Shown here: positions 1-13,974 of the stretch, piece by piece
How the letters are laid out: the number at the start of each line of letters is the position of its first letter
Numbering within the stretch: the first letter of the stretch is position 1
From: an uncultured Chloroflexia bacterium
Lineage (GTDB): Bacteria; Chloroflexota; Limnocylindria; Limnocylindrales; CSP1-4
DNA length: 64,000 bases
Assembly: GCA_963696045.1 (NCBI GenBank)
Contig: CAVOIR010000012.1
Coordinates: forward strand, 7,877-71,876
Direction: 5' to 3'
Notes under the pieces: generated by a model
Told to the model about the DNA's origin: nothing
The model's database searches: none
The model's input: only the letters and a program-made list of their open reading frames with translations
Position numbers and translations under genes: made by a program

Positions 1-271
1 CCACGGTCCGCAGCGTGATCGTGCGATAGGTCGAGCTCTCGATGATGGTCGCGAAGTTGTCGAGGCTGGGCGTGTGCTGGACCTGGCCGGTGAAAGGGTC
101 CAGCGTCCAGAAGGCGTTGAGCAGCAGGACGACGAGCGACCCGAAGTAGATGAGCACGAGCGCCCCGAGGGGCAGCAGCGAGCAGGATGCGCGAGCTGGA
201 GCCGCGGGCGCTGGTAGAGCGCGCTGCTGGAGGCGCCGCAGCCAGCTGGAGGGCCGAGCCTGCGTGGTCAT
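1..271 (-). CDS. Polyamine ABC transporter permease (PotB-like), 5' part; runs off the window
   Basis: Manual minus-strand translation gives [58 protein letters not shown]; follows the SBP gene in the operon. Confidence 0.75.
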   Translation of the reverse strand, partial: MTTQARPSSWLRRLQQRALPAPAAPARASCSLLPLGALVLIYFGSLVVLLLNAFWTLDPFTGQVQHTPSLDNFATIIESSTYRTITLRTV

Positions 272-320
272 GCCGCGCACCAAGGCACCGTGCGGATGCC
301 GGGCAGGGGCAGGCCGAACG

Positions 321-348
321 CCCCGGGACCCGTCGTCGGGCCCCGGGG
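321..348 (-). terminator. GC hairpin between SBP and permease (mRNA-stabilising or attenuating)
   Basis: Imperfect inverted repeat CCCCGGGACCCG...CGGGCCCCGGGG. Confidence 0.4.
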
Positions 349-376
349 CCTTGCTCAGCTGATGCCGAGCGGGTCG

Positions 377-1584
377 TCAGCCCTGGATCTCGGTCCAGGC
401 AGCGGTCCACTCGGAGAAGTCCTTGCAGACGACGTCCGTACGACCATCCAGGCACTCGGCCTGCGGTGTGGCCCAGTAGTAGACGTTCGTCCAGTAGTCC
501 TCGTCGTCGGCGTGGTAGGTCGTCGCAATGGTCAGGGTCCGTCGTGAGCGCGCAGGCCTTCTGGTTGGACGGTGCCTCGCCGTAGTACTCCGTCGCCATG
601 GCGTTCGTCTCAGGCGAGATGATGTGGTTCAGGAACAGGTAGCGCACAGTTGGGATGCTGCGCCTTGGACGACAGCATCCACGTGTCGGACCAGCCCGTG
701 GAACCCTCCTTGGGCAGGATGGCCTCGACGGGGGTCGGCGGGTCGCTGGCGCCGAGCATGTTGGCAGTGACCTGCCACGTCGTGCCGGCCAGGAAGTCAC
801 CGCGACTGGAAGCCGCTGATCTCGTCCTGGAGGCTCGCCCAGTAGCGGTCGATCATGCCGCGCTGCTGCTTGAGCAGGTCGACGGCTGCCTGGAACTGGG
901 TCTCGTCGAGGGCGTACGGGTTGGTGATGCCCAGCTCGGGTCGAGTGGCCATGAGGTACACGGCGGCGTCGGCGATGTAGATGGGGGCGCCGTAGGCGGT
1001 CACCTTCTTCGGCGTCGCGACGGTCTCGGCCCACGGAGAATCGGGCTCCCAGACGATCGACCAGCTGTCTGGCGCCGGGCGTCACCTGCTCGGTGTTGAA
1101 GAGCAGCAGGTTGGCGCCGCGGCCGTGCGGCACGCCGTAGGGCACGCCGTCCATCGAGTTGTGTGGCTTGAGCTTGAGGCCCTCGAAGACGTCGGCGTAG
1201 TTGGGGATGAGGTCGACGTTGATGGGCGCGACCTCGCCGGCCGCGATCAGGCGGTTGGACGCGTCGCCCGACGCCGACACGACGTCGTAGTTGCCCGTCT
1301 GCATGAGCGTGAACATCTGGTCCGAGGTGTCACCGATGGTGACGTTCACATCGCAACCGGTCTCCGCCTCGAAGCCGGTGACCCAGTCCGCGTTCGGGTC
1401 GTTGCTGCCGTCCTCGACGTAGTACGCCCAGGCCAATACTTCGACGACGCCCTCAGGCTCGCCGAGCTCCGTCAGCGCTCCCTCGGGCACCTCCGCCTGC
1501 GCAGCGACCCCGCCGGGGACCATGGCCAGTGCCAACGCGATGCTGGCACCGAGAGCGATCCCCCTTCGTGACCTGTGGATCCAT
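377..1584 (-). CDS. Polyamine ABC substrate-binding protein (PotD/YdcS-like), frameshifted
   Basis: Segments [40 protein letters not shown] and [34 protein letters not shown]; AGGAGG RBS upstream. Confidence 0.8.
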
Positions 1585-1594
1585 CTGCTTCCTC

Positions 1595-2677
1595 CTATGC
1601 TCCGCCATCGGGCGATGGGGACCGTGGTGAGTCGGGCGCACCCGCCTCGATGGCGAGCGTGTGGCGGCCTTCCCAGACGAGCCGGACGGCCGTGCCCTTG
1701 AGCGCCAGCGCCTCCATCGAGGACGTGGCCACGTTCTGCTTGATGACCGCGAGCTCGCCGCCCGACGTCGAGCGCCACGTGGTACTTCGTGTCCGAGCCG
1801 AGGTACACGACGTCACGGACGTGGCCCGAGCGGCGGACAGCGAGCCGACCGGCGTCGCCGCCGACGGCTCCTCGAGGTGGATCTTCTCGGGTCGCACCGT
1901 GAACGTGCCCGTCACGACCCGACGATGGCCACGGCGGCCGGCGCCGGAGAGGATGTTCGAGGTGCCCACGAAGCCGGCCACGAAGGCGGTCGCCGGTGAC
2001 TCGTAGACCTCGGCGGGCGAGCCGACCTGCTCGATGAGGCCGCGGTCGAAGATGGCCATGCGGTCGCTCATGGCCAGGGCCTCCTCCTGGTCGTGGGTGA
2101 CGTAGATGAAGGTGATGCCGACCTCCTGCTGGATGGTCTTGAGCTCGATCTGCATCTCCTGGCGGAGCTTGAGGTCGAGGGCGCCCAGGGGCTCGTCGAG
2201 CAGCAGCACGCTCGGGCCGGTTCACGAGCGCGCGGGCGAGCGCGACGCGCTGGCGCTGGCCGCCCGACAGCTGGCCGGGCTTGCGGTCCTCGTAGCCCTC
2301 GAGGCGGACCATGCGCAGGGCTTCCGCCGACACGCCGCCGCCGCTCGTCGCTGGGCACCTTGCGGATCATCAGCCCGTAGGCGACGTTGTCCCCGACGGT
2401 CATGTGCGGGAAGAGCGCGTAGTCCTGGAACACCGTGTTGACGTCGCGCTCGTAGGGCGGCAGCCGCGAGACGTCCCGGCCGTCGAGCAGGACGCGTCCG
2501 CCCGATGGGCAGCTCGAAGCCGGCGATCATCCGCAGCGTCGTCGTCTTGCCCGAGCCGGACGGCCCCAGCAGCGAGAAGAACTCGCCGCGGCCGATGTCG
2601 AGGTCGATGCCGGCCACCGCCGTCACCTCGCCGTACAGCTTCGTCAGGTGCTCGAGGCGCACCGCGGCATCAGCCAC
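1595..2677 (-). CDS. Polyamine ABC ATP-binding protein (PotA-like), frameshifted
   Basis: Walker [54 protein letters not shown]. Confidence 0.9.
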
Positions 2678-4124
2678 CGACGTTGATCATCACGTGCTTG
2701 ACGACGGTGTAGTCCTCGATCGCGTAGGCGGACTGGTCCTTGCCCCAGCCCGACTGCTTGAAGCCCCCGTGGGGCATCTCCGAGACGAGCGTGAAGTGCT
2801 CGTTGATCCAGACCGTGCCGAACTGGATGGCCTTGGCGACCCGCATGGCGCGGCCGATGTCGCTGGTGAAGACCGAGGCGGCGAGCCCGTAGCGCACGTC
2901 GTTCGCCCAGCGGATGGCCTCCTCCTCGTCGCTGAAGCGCTGCACCGTGACGACGGGGCCGAAGACCTCCTCCTGGACGATCTCGCTGCCCTGCTCCGGG
3001 CCGGCGATGACGGTCGGCTCGTAGAAGGCGCCCGGCCGGTCGGGCCGCGTGCCGCCCACGACGACCTCGGCGCCCTCGCGCGCCCGCTCCACCATGCCCG
3101 CCACCTTGTCCACCTGGGAGGGCCCGATGAGCGAGCCGATGTCGAGGTCGTCCGCCTCGGCCGGGTCGCCCCAGCGGATGGCGCCGACGCGGCTCGGCCA
3201 GGTCGGCCACGAGCCGATCGTGGATGGCCGGCCCGGTGATGACGCGCGTGGCGGCGGTGCAGTCCTGGCCCGCGTTCCAGTAGCCCCACAGGCGGATGTT
3301 CTCGACGGCGTTCTCGAGGTCCGCGTCGTCGAAGACGATGACCGGCGCCTTGCCGCCCGAGCTCGAGGTGGAGCCGCTTGACCGAATCGGCCGCGATGCG
3401 GGCGATGCGCTTGCCGGTCTCGGTGTCGCCGGTGACCGAGACCATGGCCACCGCCGGGTGCCGCGACCAGCGCATCCCCGATGGCCTCGCCGCTGCCGGT
3501 GATGACGTTGAGGACCCCGGGCGGCAGGATGTCGGCCGCGATCTCGGCCAGCGCCAGGGCCGTCAGCGGCGTGCGGATCGGAGGGCTTGAAGATGACCGT
3601 GTTGCCGGCCGCCAGCGCCGGGCCGATCTTCCAGCCGGCCATGTAGAGCGGGTAGTTCCAGGGCGCGATCGACGCCACCACGCCGACCGGGTCGCGGCGG
3701 ATGAGCGAGGTGTGGCCGGCCAGGTACTCGTTGGCGGCCTTGCCCTCGATGACCCGCGCCGCACCCGCGAAGAAGCGCAGGTTGTCGACCATGGCCGTGA
3801 CCTCGTCGCCGGCCGGCCCAGCGGCTTGCCGCCGTTGCGGCTCTCGAGCCCGCCCAGCTCATCGGCCCGGGCCTCGACGGCGTCGGCCAGGCGCAGCAGC
3901 ATGAGGCTGCGGTCCTGGGGCGTGCTGTGCTGCCAGGTCTCGAAGGCCGCGGCGGCGGCGGCCGCGGCACGATCGACGTCCTCGGCATCCGAGGCCGGCA
4001 CCGTGGCGATGACGCCGCCCGTGGCCGGATTGGTCACCTCCGCCGTCCGGCCGCTGGCGCTGGCGACCCATCGGCCGCCGATCCACTGCTGCCGCGCGTC
4101 GACGTCCGTCACGGTCTCCGCCAC
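2670..4124 (-). CDS. Gamma-aminobutyraldehyde dehydrogenase (PatD/YdcW-like ALDH), frameshifted
   Basis: [31 protein letters not shown] (catalytic Cys), [18 protein letters not shown]; polyamine operon context. Confidence 0.85.
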   Translation of the reverse strand: MAETVTDVDARQQWIGGRWVASASGRTAEVTNPATGGVIATVPASDAEDVDRAAAAAAAAFETWQHSTPQDRSLMLLRLADAVEARADELGGLESRNGGKPLGRPATRSRPWSTTCASSRVRRGSSRARPPTSTWPATPRSSAATRSAWWRRSRPGTTRSTWPAGRSARRWRPATRSSSSPPIRTPLTALALAEIAADILPPGVLNVITGSGEAIGDALVAAPGGGHGLGHRRHRDRQAHRPHRGRFGQAAPPRARAARRRSSSSTTRTSRTPSRTSACGATGTRARTAPPPRASSPGRPSTIGSWPTWPSRVGAIRWGDPAEADDLDIGSLIGPSQVDKVAGMVERAREGAEVVVGGTRPDRPGAFYEPTVIAGPEQGSEIVQEEVFGPVVTVQRFSDEEEAIRWANDVRYGLAASVFTSDIGRAMRVAKAIQFGTVWINEHFTLVSEMPHGGFKQSGWGKDQSAYAIEDYTVVKHVMINVGG

Positions 4125-4289
4125 GTGGGCGTCCTCCTCTGCCGTGCCTCGCCCTGCCGTCCCTCGCTCCGTCACCGAGCCCGCGCTGTCCATGCGGTCC
4201 CCCGCCCGGACGGAAAGCGACATTGTGGGGCCGACGACCGTCGTTGTCACGGTCCGTGCGCCGGGTGCCAGCGCCGGGCGCTCGCGGCG

Positions 4290-5405
4290 TCAGGCTCGTC
4301 GGGGAGCATCCCGATGAGGGCCACGGCATCGATCTCGTTCCAGCCGGGCACGTCGGTGTCGATGCTGATGTGCAGGCGGTCGGTGGCGAAGTCCGACGGC
4401 GACGAGGTCGGGGCTGAAGCCGACGACGAACTCGGGCGACTGGTCCTGACCCTCCCAGAGGGTCACCCAGGCTTCGGCGTCCGAGTCCCAGGCCTCGACA
4501 CGGGTGACGAAGCCATTGCCGGACGTCTCCCAGATGACGACCTCGGCGGGCACGACGGCCGTGCTCGTAGGTCAGCTCGAGCCAGGCGGTCCGCCGTCGG
4601 ACGCGGCCGGGCCCAGGCGGTGGCGTAGTCGCCGTACTCGCGGCGTGTCCGGCTCGCCGGTGGCCTGCGTCGCGCTCCAGACTCTCGCTCCCGTACTCGC
4701 GAGCTGGCGGTGGCACTGGCTGGCCCACTGGCGCAGAGAGGCGCCCGGCAATGTGAGCGAGGCCGCGGCACTGCGGGGACGGCGGCGCTGCGGCTCGGGC
4801 GAGACGGCACGGACGCTGGCGGACCGGGGCCGGCCGACGCCGTCGCGGACGCCGTGTCGAGACGGGCCGCCTGCCAGGCGTCCTCGAGGACCTGGTAGTC
4901 GGTGCCCTGCCGGGGAGCTGGACGATGGCCCAGGACGTCGCGATCGGGGTCGATCCAGAGCAGCCGTGAGACCCTCCGGCGCGAGGACGCAGAGGAGCCG
5001 GCCGGCGGGCGAGCCATCCGCTGCCATGTACTCGCCCTCGAAGGGACCCGCCCCGCAGTCCGTGCCCGTGTCCGGGGCGACATCGGTGAGCACGGCGATG
5101 AAGTCGTAACCCGGCCTGGAGGCTGGCCAGGCTGTCGAAGCGCGCATAGATGGCGACGCCTGCGCCATGCAGGCAGCTCGTGCTGGCGATCACGCCGACG
5201 AGCTCCATGGTGCTCGGTCCGCAGGTCTCGCGGATGCCGGCCGGCACCTCGTTCATGAGCTCCGACGCTCGCGAGGGCTGCATCGAGCCCAGTGTCTGGG
5301 CCGGCTGATGGTGATGCCTGGCCGGCCGCCGGCCGTGGGGCTGCCAGGACGCGATGGCGCAGAAGGACGAGCGGAGACGCCGATCCGGATGACCAGACGT
5401 CGCAT
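4290..5405 (-). CDS. Secreted hypothetical protein: Cys-containing N-terminal domain plus C-terminal discoidin/galactose-binding-like domain, frameshifted
   Basis: Stitched segments ELMNEVPAGIRETCGP...DCGAGPFEGEY...GRLLC and WLELTY...PAEVVIWETSGNGFVTRVEAWD...WVTLWEG...WNEIDAVALIG. Confidence 0.55.
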
Positions 5406-5557
5406 GGCCGACCGCCACGCTGCCTTCTGCCAGTGCCCCCAGGGCGACGAATCATGCCACGCGCGTCAAGCGTCGCGGACCTGGTCGCAGGTTCACGGGC
5501 CCTGCCAAGATAGTCGGCTGCACCTCGAAGGTACTGCGCCGAGCGCTGCCCGGGGGC

Positions 5558-6893
5558 GTGGAGGCCAGCGTGGACCGACCAGGGTCGTCATCATGGGCGC
5601 CGCCGGGCGCGACTTCCATGACTTCAACGTGGTCTACCGCGACGACCCGTCGGTCGAGGTGGTGGCCTTCACGGCCACGCAGATCCCGGGCATCGACGCC
5701 CGGCGCTACCCGCCGGAGCTGGCGGGCGAGCGCTACCCGGACGGCATCCCCATCCTGCCCGAGGCCGAGCTCGAGCGGGTCGTCGCCGAGGAGTCGGTCG
5801 ATGTCGTGGTCTTCTCCTACAGCGACGTGAGCCACGAGACCGTCATGCACGCCGCCTCGCGTGCCCTGGCGGCCGGCGCCGACTTCCGCCTGCTCGGCCC
5901 CGACGCGATCATGCTCGAGAGCCGTCGGCCGGTCGTGGCCGTCTGCGCCGTGCGCACGGGCGCCGGCAAGAGCCAGACGACCCGGGCCGTGGCCGCGGCC
6001 CTCGCGGAGCAGGGCCGGCGGCCGGTCGTCGTCCGCCACCCCATGCCCTACGGCGACCTCGCCGCGCAGCGCGTGCAGCGCTTCGCCAGCCGCGACGACC
6101 TGGCGCGCCAGCACACCACCATCGAGGAGCGCGAGGAGTACGAGCCGCACATCGACGCCGGGCGCGTCGTCTTCGCCGGCGTCGACTACGAGGCCATCCT
6201 GCGGGCGGCCGAGGAGGAGGCCGACGTCATCCTCTGGGACGGCGGCAACAACGACCTGCCGCTTCTTCCGGCCCGACCTCCACATCGTCGTCGCCGACCC
6301 GCTCCGCCCCGGCGACGAGCGGCGCTACCACCCGGGCGAGGCCAACCTGCGCATGGCCGACGTCGTCATCGTCAACAAGGTCGACTCCGCCGACGCAGGC
6401 CTCGCTCGAGGCCGTCCTGCGGAGCGTCGAGGAGCTCAACCCCGCCGCGGAGGTGCTGACGGCCCGCTCGGACCTCACGCTCGACGGCCCGCCGATCGAG
6501 GGCCGGCGCGTCGTCGTCGTCGAGGACGGGCCGACGCTCACGCACGGCGGCATGACCTACGGCGCCGGCGTGGTGGCGGCGCGCCGCTTCGGCGCGGCCG
6601 AGCTCGTCGACCCCGAGCCCGTCGCCGTCGGCTCCATCCGGGCCGTCCTCGAGCGCTACCCGGACCTCGAGCCGCTCGTGCCCGGCCATGGGCTACGGCG
6701 AGCACGCAGATGCGCGAGCTCAAGGAGACGCTCGAGCGCGTCGACGCCGACCTCGTGCTCGTGGCCACGCCCATCGACCTCGGCGCGCCTGCTGCGAGCT
6801 GGACAAGCCCGTGACGCGCGTCCGCTACGAGCTGGCGCAGGTCAGCGGCCGGCCGCTCGCGCGAGATCGTCGCGAGGCGGTCGGCGCCGCTGA
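5558..6893 (+). CDS. COG2403 P-loop protein (usually annotated cyclic 2,3-diphosphoglycerate synthetase/GTPase); arginine synthetase ArcE-type N-terminus
   Basis: [13 protein letters not shown]...AFTATQIP...[58 protein letters not shown]. Confidence 0.85.
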
Positions 6894-6899
6894 GCGGAC

Positions 6900-8145
6900 G
6901 CCGCGCGGCGCATGAGCACGCCCGCAGCTCGGCGGCAGGCTCGAGTCCAGGGGACCCGCGCCGAGCGCGCTGGCGCTCCGCACGGCGAAGATGCGCGGCT
7001 CGATGCCGGTGGCGGCGGCGTAGGCCCGCGCGACCACGGCGTCGCTGAAGGCGGCCACGGCGTCGCGCTCGACGAGGGCCACGAGGCAGCCCCCGAAGCC
7101 GGCCCCGGCCTGCCGTCGGGCGATGAGGCCGGGCGCGCCGGCCATGGCCTCGTGCATCGCCGTCATCGCCGGCGCGCCGATCTCGAAGAGCTGCGTGGCG
7201 CCCTCGCCACGAGGCGTCGAAGCAGCGGTGCCAGGTGCACGGATCGCCCGCCGGCAGCGCCTCGGCGAGCTCGAGCACGCGCGGCTCCTCCTCGACGATG
7301 AAGCGGCAGCGCCGGGCCACCACCGGGCGGCAGGTCGGCCTCGTGGGCCGCGAGGAACGCCGGGCTGACGTCGCGCAGGGCCCGGATGCCTGGGTCGAAC
7401 GCGCGCAGGCGCGCCACGCCGGCCTCGCACTGGGCGCGCCGCTCGCCGTAGCCCGTGGCCGCCAGGCTGCCGCTCGGCGCGCGTGTCGCAGATGACGACG
7501 GCGAGGTGCGGCGCCATGGCCACCGGCCGGCTCGTCGAGGTCGCGGCAGTCGAGCAGGAGGGCGTGCCCGGCCCGGCCGAGCACCGAGGTGTACTGGTCG
7601 AGGATGCCGCAGCTCGACGCCCACGAACTCGTTCTCCGCCCGCTGGCCGAGCAGGGCCAGCTCCACCGGCTCCAGATCGAAGCCGCGCAAGGCCGGCGAA
7701 GGCGAGGAGGCCGCGATCTCGATGGCCGCCGACGAGGAGAGGCCGCTGCCGAAGGGCACGGTGCTGTGGAGCAGGCCGTCGAAGCCGACGAGCTCGCGGC
7801 CCTCGGCCTGGAGCACCGCGGCCGCACCGCGCACGTAGTCGGTCCAGGGGACGTCGGGGTCGTGCTCGATGGCGTCGAGGTCGAACTCGCGCCTCGCCCG
7901 GCAGGTCGAGCGAGGCGATGACGACGCGCCGGTCCGCGCCGCGGCCGGACCGCCAGCCAGGTGTCGCGGTCGACCGTCATCGTCAGCACGTGGCCGTCGT
8001 TGTAGTCGGTGTGGCTGCCCATGAGGTCCACCCGTCCCGGGCGCCCGGAACCAGGCCGTCGGCGGGCCGCCGAAGCGCTCCGCGAAGGCGCTCGCGACGA
8101 ACTCCGGCGCGCGGGTCCAGGCTCAGCGTCCATCGGCGGGTCCAT
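6900..8145 (-). CDS. galK: Galactokinase (GHMP kinase), frameshifted; 3' end approximate
   Basis: [46 protein letters not shown]. Confidence 0.85.
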
Positions 8146-8148
8146 GGC

Positions 8149-9199
8149 TCAGCCGGCCTCGCCGAAGGCCGTCCAGCAGGGCCTCGACGTTGGCCATCGG
8201 GATGTCCGTCATGAGCCGGTGCGACGGCGCGAGGAGCAGGCCCGTGCCGTCCGGCGCCAGGTCGGCCCGGCAGGCGGCCACGGCGTCGCGCACCTCGGTC
8301 GGGCGTGCCGCGCGGCAGCACCGTCTGCGTCGAGATGCCACCGTAGAAGGCGAGCCGGCCGCCGAACGTGCCGCGCAGCCAGGCGTGGTCGAGCACCTCC
8401 GGCTGCACCGGGTTGAGCGCGGTGAGGCCGATCTCCACGAGGTCCGGGACGATGTCGCCGATCGCTCCGTCCGAGTGCATGAGGACCGGCAGGCCGCGCT
8501 CGACGAAGGGCGCGAAGAGCCGGGCCAGGCGCGGCTTGACGAGCGCGCGCCACGTCGCCGGCGAGAAGAGCAGGCCGGCCTGGGCGCCGTAGTCATCGCC
8601 GAAGTAGCCGCCGTCCACCCCGAGCCTCGAGGTAGCGCCCGATGAGGACGAGCTGGATGTCGGTGATGCGGTCGAGCAGCTCGGCCACGTAGGCCGGGTC
8701 GGCCGCCAGGTCGAGGAGGAGCGGCTCGAAGCCGCGCAGCGACCAGGCTCGCTCGAACAGCGCGAAGCCGAGGTTGGGGACGACGAACGCCTCCTCTCCG
8801 GTGGCGGCGCAGTGTCCTCGCTGCATCGTCGAGCAGGCCTGCTGCCCACGGGTCGGGCCAGTCGATACGCGTCGAGGTCGCCGGAGTCGGCCAGCGGGCT
8901 CTCGCGGATGAAGTAGCCCTCCTCCTCGGCGTCGTGGCCGGCGCCCCACCAGTCGTAGCGCACCCTGCCGTCCGGGCTGCGGCGTGCCTCGAGGCTGAGG
9001 TCGACGCGCACCAGGTGGTTGCCGAGCCGGCAGGCAGCTCCGTGCTCCTCCACGCCGAGGTGCTCGGCCAGGCGCCGGCCCATCGCGGCGGTCCAGCCGA
9101 TCTGCGTGGGCAGGCGGTCGACCGGCTCGTGACGCAGCGCGCGACGGACACGCTCGCGTCGCGACAGGCGCCACAAGGCGCATCCGGACCCGGGTCATG
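8149..9199 (-). CDS. Uroporphyrinogen decarboxylase (URO-D/CIMS) superfamily protein, frameshifted
   Basis: [68 protein letters not shown]. Confidence 0.8.
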
Positions 9200-10904
<1,705 letters not shown>

Positions 10905-11124
10905 GAACGCCGAGGCTAGCACACGGCTCCGGTCTCATGGCTGGGGCTGGATCTCGGCCGCGCGGCCTCACTGCCGTGCAGGACGGTGGACGCCGCTAGA
11001 ATCGCCGAGGCCGCCCCGGATCACCCCGACGGGGAGCCGGCGGGTGAGCCACGGCTTATGGCAGCCGCCCGGGCGCCGAAGGCGACGCCGGCATCAGCCA
11101 CATCACCACCGCGGAGGCACGACG

Positions 11125-11756
11125 ATGACCGACGAACCCACGACCGCGCCCGAGAGCGCCGCTGTCCCTGCCCCCGAGAGCGCGGCTGCCGCGCGCGTCG
11201 TCCGGAGCCGCCGGTCGACTCCATCGGCCTGGCCACCGACGGCGCCTACTACCTCATCGTCGGGCAGTTCTCGGATCCTGAGACCGCTGCAGGCCGTCTA
11301 CGGCCGAGATCGAGGCGCTCGAGCGACGCCACCAGCCTCCGGGTCGACGCCGTCGTCATCGCCAGCGCTGATGCCGAGGGCAAGATCCATCTGCGGGAGG
11401 CCACCGAGCACAGCACCAAGACCGGCCTCAAGTGGGGCGTCGTCGGCGGCGTCGTCCTGGGCGTCATCTTCCCGCCCAGCATCCTCGCCAGCGCCGTCGG
11501 CTTCGGCGTCGTAGGCTCGGTCCTCGGCAAGGTGCGCAACCTGTCGCACCGCTCGAACCTGTCCGACGAGCTCGCCGGCGTCATCGCCCCGAACACGACC
11601 GGCCTCATCGTCTTCGCCGAGGACGAGGCGGTCGTCGAGATCGAGAAGGCCCTCGCCAAGGCCGATCGCATCGTCTCGAAGGCGGTCGACAAGCAGCTCG
11701 CCCAGGAGATCGACCGGGAGGCGGCGGCGGCCAAGGAGGCCGTCGGCGCCGACTGA
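11125..11756 (+). CDS. DUF1269-like membrane protein
   Basis: Glycine-zipper segment GLKWGVVGGVVLGVIFPPSILASAVGFGVVGSVLGK; GGAGG RBS; frameshift near the 5' end. Confidence 0.65.
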
Positions 11757-11765
11757 GGCCCTTCT

Positions 11766-12500
11766 GTGCCTGACGGCGACCTCGGCCGTGGACGGTCTCG
11801 GCCGTCGAGGCGGGTCGAGGTCGCCTGGCTCATCATCGCAGCCGTCCTGCTGGGAGCAGTGGTCGTGGTCGTCGCGAGTGCGCTCATGGCCCCCGACCGG
11901 CAGCAGGATATCTGGGTCGAGGTGGCGAGCCGGGCCTCCCAGCTCATCGTCCTGGCCCTGGCGGGCGGCGTCGTTGGCGCGGTCATCCACGACAGGGACG
12001 CAGCGCGAGAGGACGAGCGCCGCCGCCAGGCCTTCCTGCTCGCCTTCGTGGGCGAGGTGGAGGCCGCCTACGGCCAGGTGAAGACCGCTCGCCGTCTCCT
12101 GCGTACCTACGGCTTTGATGCCCCGCGGGACACGCCGCTCACGTGGGACCAGGTGGAGGGCTTCCGCACGCAGATGGCGCTGCTCAACGAAGCCGAGCTG
12201 CAGTTCGAGATGCTGGCCCGCAGGGTCGCCGCGATACCCGGACCCTTCGGCGAGATCCACGACCCGATGATCGCGCAGCTCGAGGCCATCCACGGCTACC
12301 TCAACGGGGTCCTCCGTGACTGGCAGACCGACTCGACCGTCGTGGCCGTGGGCGGTACGACCGTCGCGCTCGCCGGGTGGCCGCGCTTCCGTGCCTTCGT
12401 GGACTACGGAGAGGAACCGGAACGGTCGTTCCGGGAGAGCATCGCGGACCGCATCACGGCATCGAGCTGCTCGTCCACGGGCTTGGCGCGACGCCAGGTG
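11766..12500 (+). CDS. Hypothetical membrane protein (two N-terminal TM helices, helical C-terminus); end approximate
   Basis: Long ORF with coding-like composition; VAWLIIAAVLLGAVVVVVASALM and LIVLALAGGVVGAVI. Confidence 0.55.
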
Positions 12501-12535
12501 ACGTGGCGCGGTGTCAGACTCGACGAGGCGAGTCG

Positions 12536-13220
12536 CTACGACGACGCGAGGGTGACGCTGAAGCCCACCACGGCCCAGATCCCGGCGCTCAGGCCTCCCT
12601 TCTCGTAGGCGAAGGGGATCATCGAGGTCGTCAGCATCGTGATCAGCCCGCCGATGGTGAAGGCCGCCAGCCGGGCGCCATTGACGTCACCGAGCGAGTC
12701 GGCGACGAGGAAGCCGACGGCCGAGCACGCGCCCGCGACGAGGACGATGGCAGCCCACAGGATGGCCTGCTTCGACCGCGCCCAGCCGCCGGCCGCGAGG
12801 TCGGCAGCGGGCGGGATGACCTGGGGGATGTTCGAGACCCAGACCGCGGCCACGAACGGCAGGCTGAGCACGAGCCCGCTGCCCAGCTGGATGCCGAAGA
12901 TGAGCGATTCGGGCAGCGCGTCATTGATGTTGCCGACCACGATGCCCATGGCCCCAGACTCGCCGAGGCGACGCTCGATGAGCCGATCGGCGACGATGAA
13001 GACCGAGCCGCCCACCAGGAGCCGACGCCGACCTCGAGGCCGTCGAGGAAGCCTGGGCCTCGGGGACCAGTTGGAAGGCCGCCGCCGCCAGAGCGCCCCG
13101 GCGCCGAGACCCGCGAGCTGTCCAACGAGCCGCGAGGGCAGGGTCACGGCGTAGACGAGCAAGCCGCCGATCAGGAGGGACGACTGCGCCAGCGCGCCGA
13201 TGACGAACGCTTCGACCACC
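12536..13220 (-). CDS. ZIP-family (ZupT-like) metal transporter
   Basis: Multi-TM; DALPESLIFG, AAVWVSNIP, GGLITMLTTSMIPFAYE. Confidence 0.7.
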
Positions 13221-13379
13221 TCGGCACTATATCCCCGGCGGCGGGTGCCGCCACGCAGGGGACCACGCATCGACTGCCGGCGTGGGGACCAGCGTGGACC
13301 CGGCTCGCGCCGTGGCGCGACACGGGCACAATGGCGTCACGGCGCAGCGGGCGCCGCGCACCGGGAAACGAGGTGGACC

Positions 13380-13974
13380 GTGGCCGCGACCCCATCGACG
13401 ATGCTCGCGCTGGGCACCAGCGCTCCCGACTTCCGCCTGCCCGACCTCTCCGGGCGGATGGTCGTCCCGCGACGACTTCGCCGCGCAGCCGGCGCTGCTG
13501 GTGATGTTCATCTGCAACCACTGCCCGTACGTGCAGGCACGTCGTGCACGAGATCGCGCGCCTCGGGCGCGAGTACCAGGCATCGCGGCGTGGCCGTCGT
13601 CGCCATCAGCAGCAACGACGTCGCGCAGTATCCCGAGGACGGCCCGGCGGGCATGGCCGCGTTCGCGGCCGCCCACGGCTTCACGTTCCCGTATCTCTAC
13701 GACGAGACCCAGGCGGTCGCTCGCGAGTACCAGGCCGCCTGCACGCCCGACTTCTTCCTCTTCGACGCGGAGCGCCGTCTCGTCTATCGCGGCCAGCTCG
13801 ACGGCGCCCGACCGGCCAACGACGTGCCCATCGATGGGCGGGACCTGCGCGCCGCGCTCGATGCCGACGCTGGCCGGCTGGCCCGTACCCGAGCCGCAGC
13901 TGGCGAGCGTGGGCTGCAACATCAAGTGGAAGCCGGGCACCGAGCCGACGTTCGCGCTGGGCCTGCGCGCCTGA
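13380..13974 (+). CDS. Thioredoxin/AhpC-TSA family protein
   Basis: LGTSAPDFRLPD, MFICNHCPYV, YPEDGP, FPYLYDETQ, ACTPDFFLFD, GCNIKWK. Confidence 0.9.
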
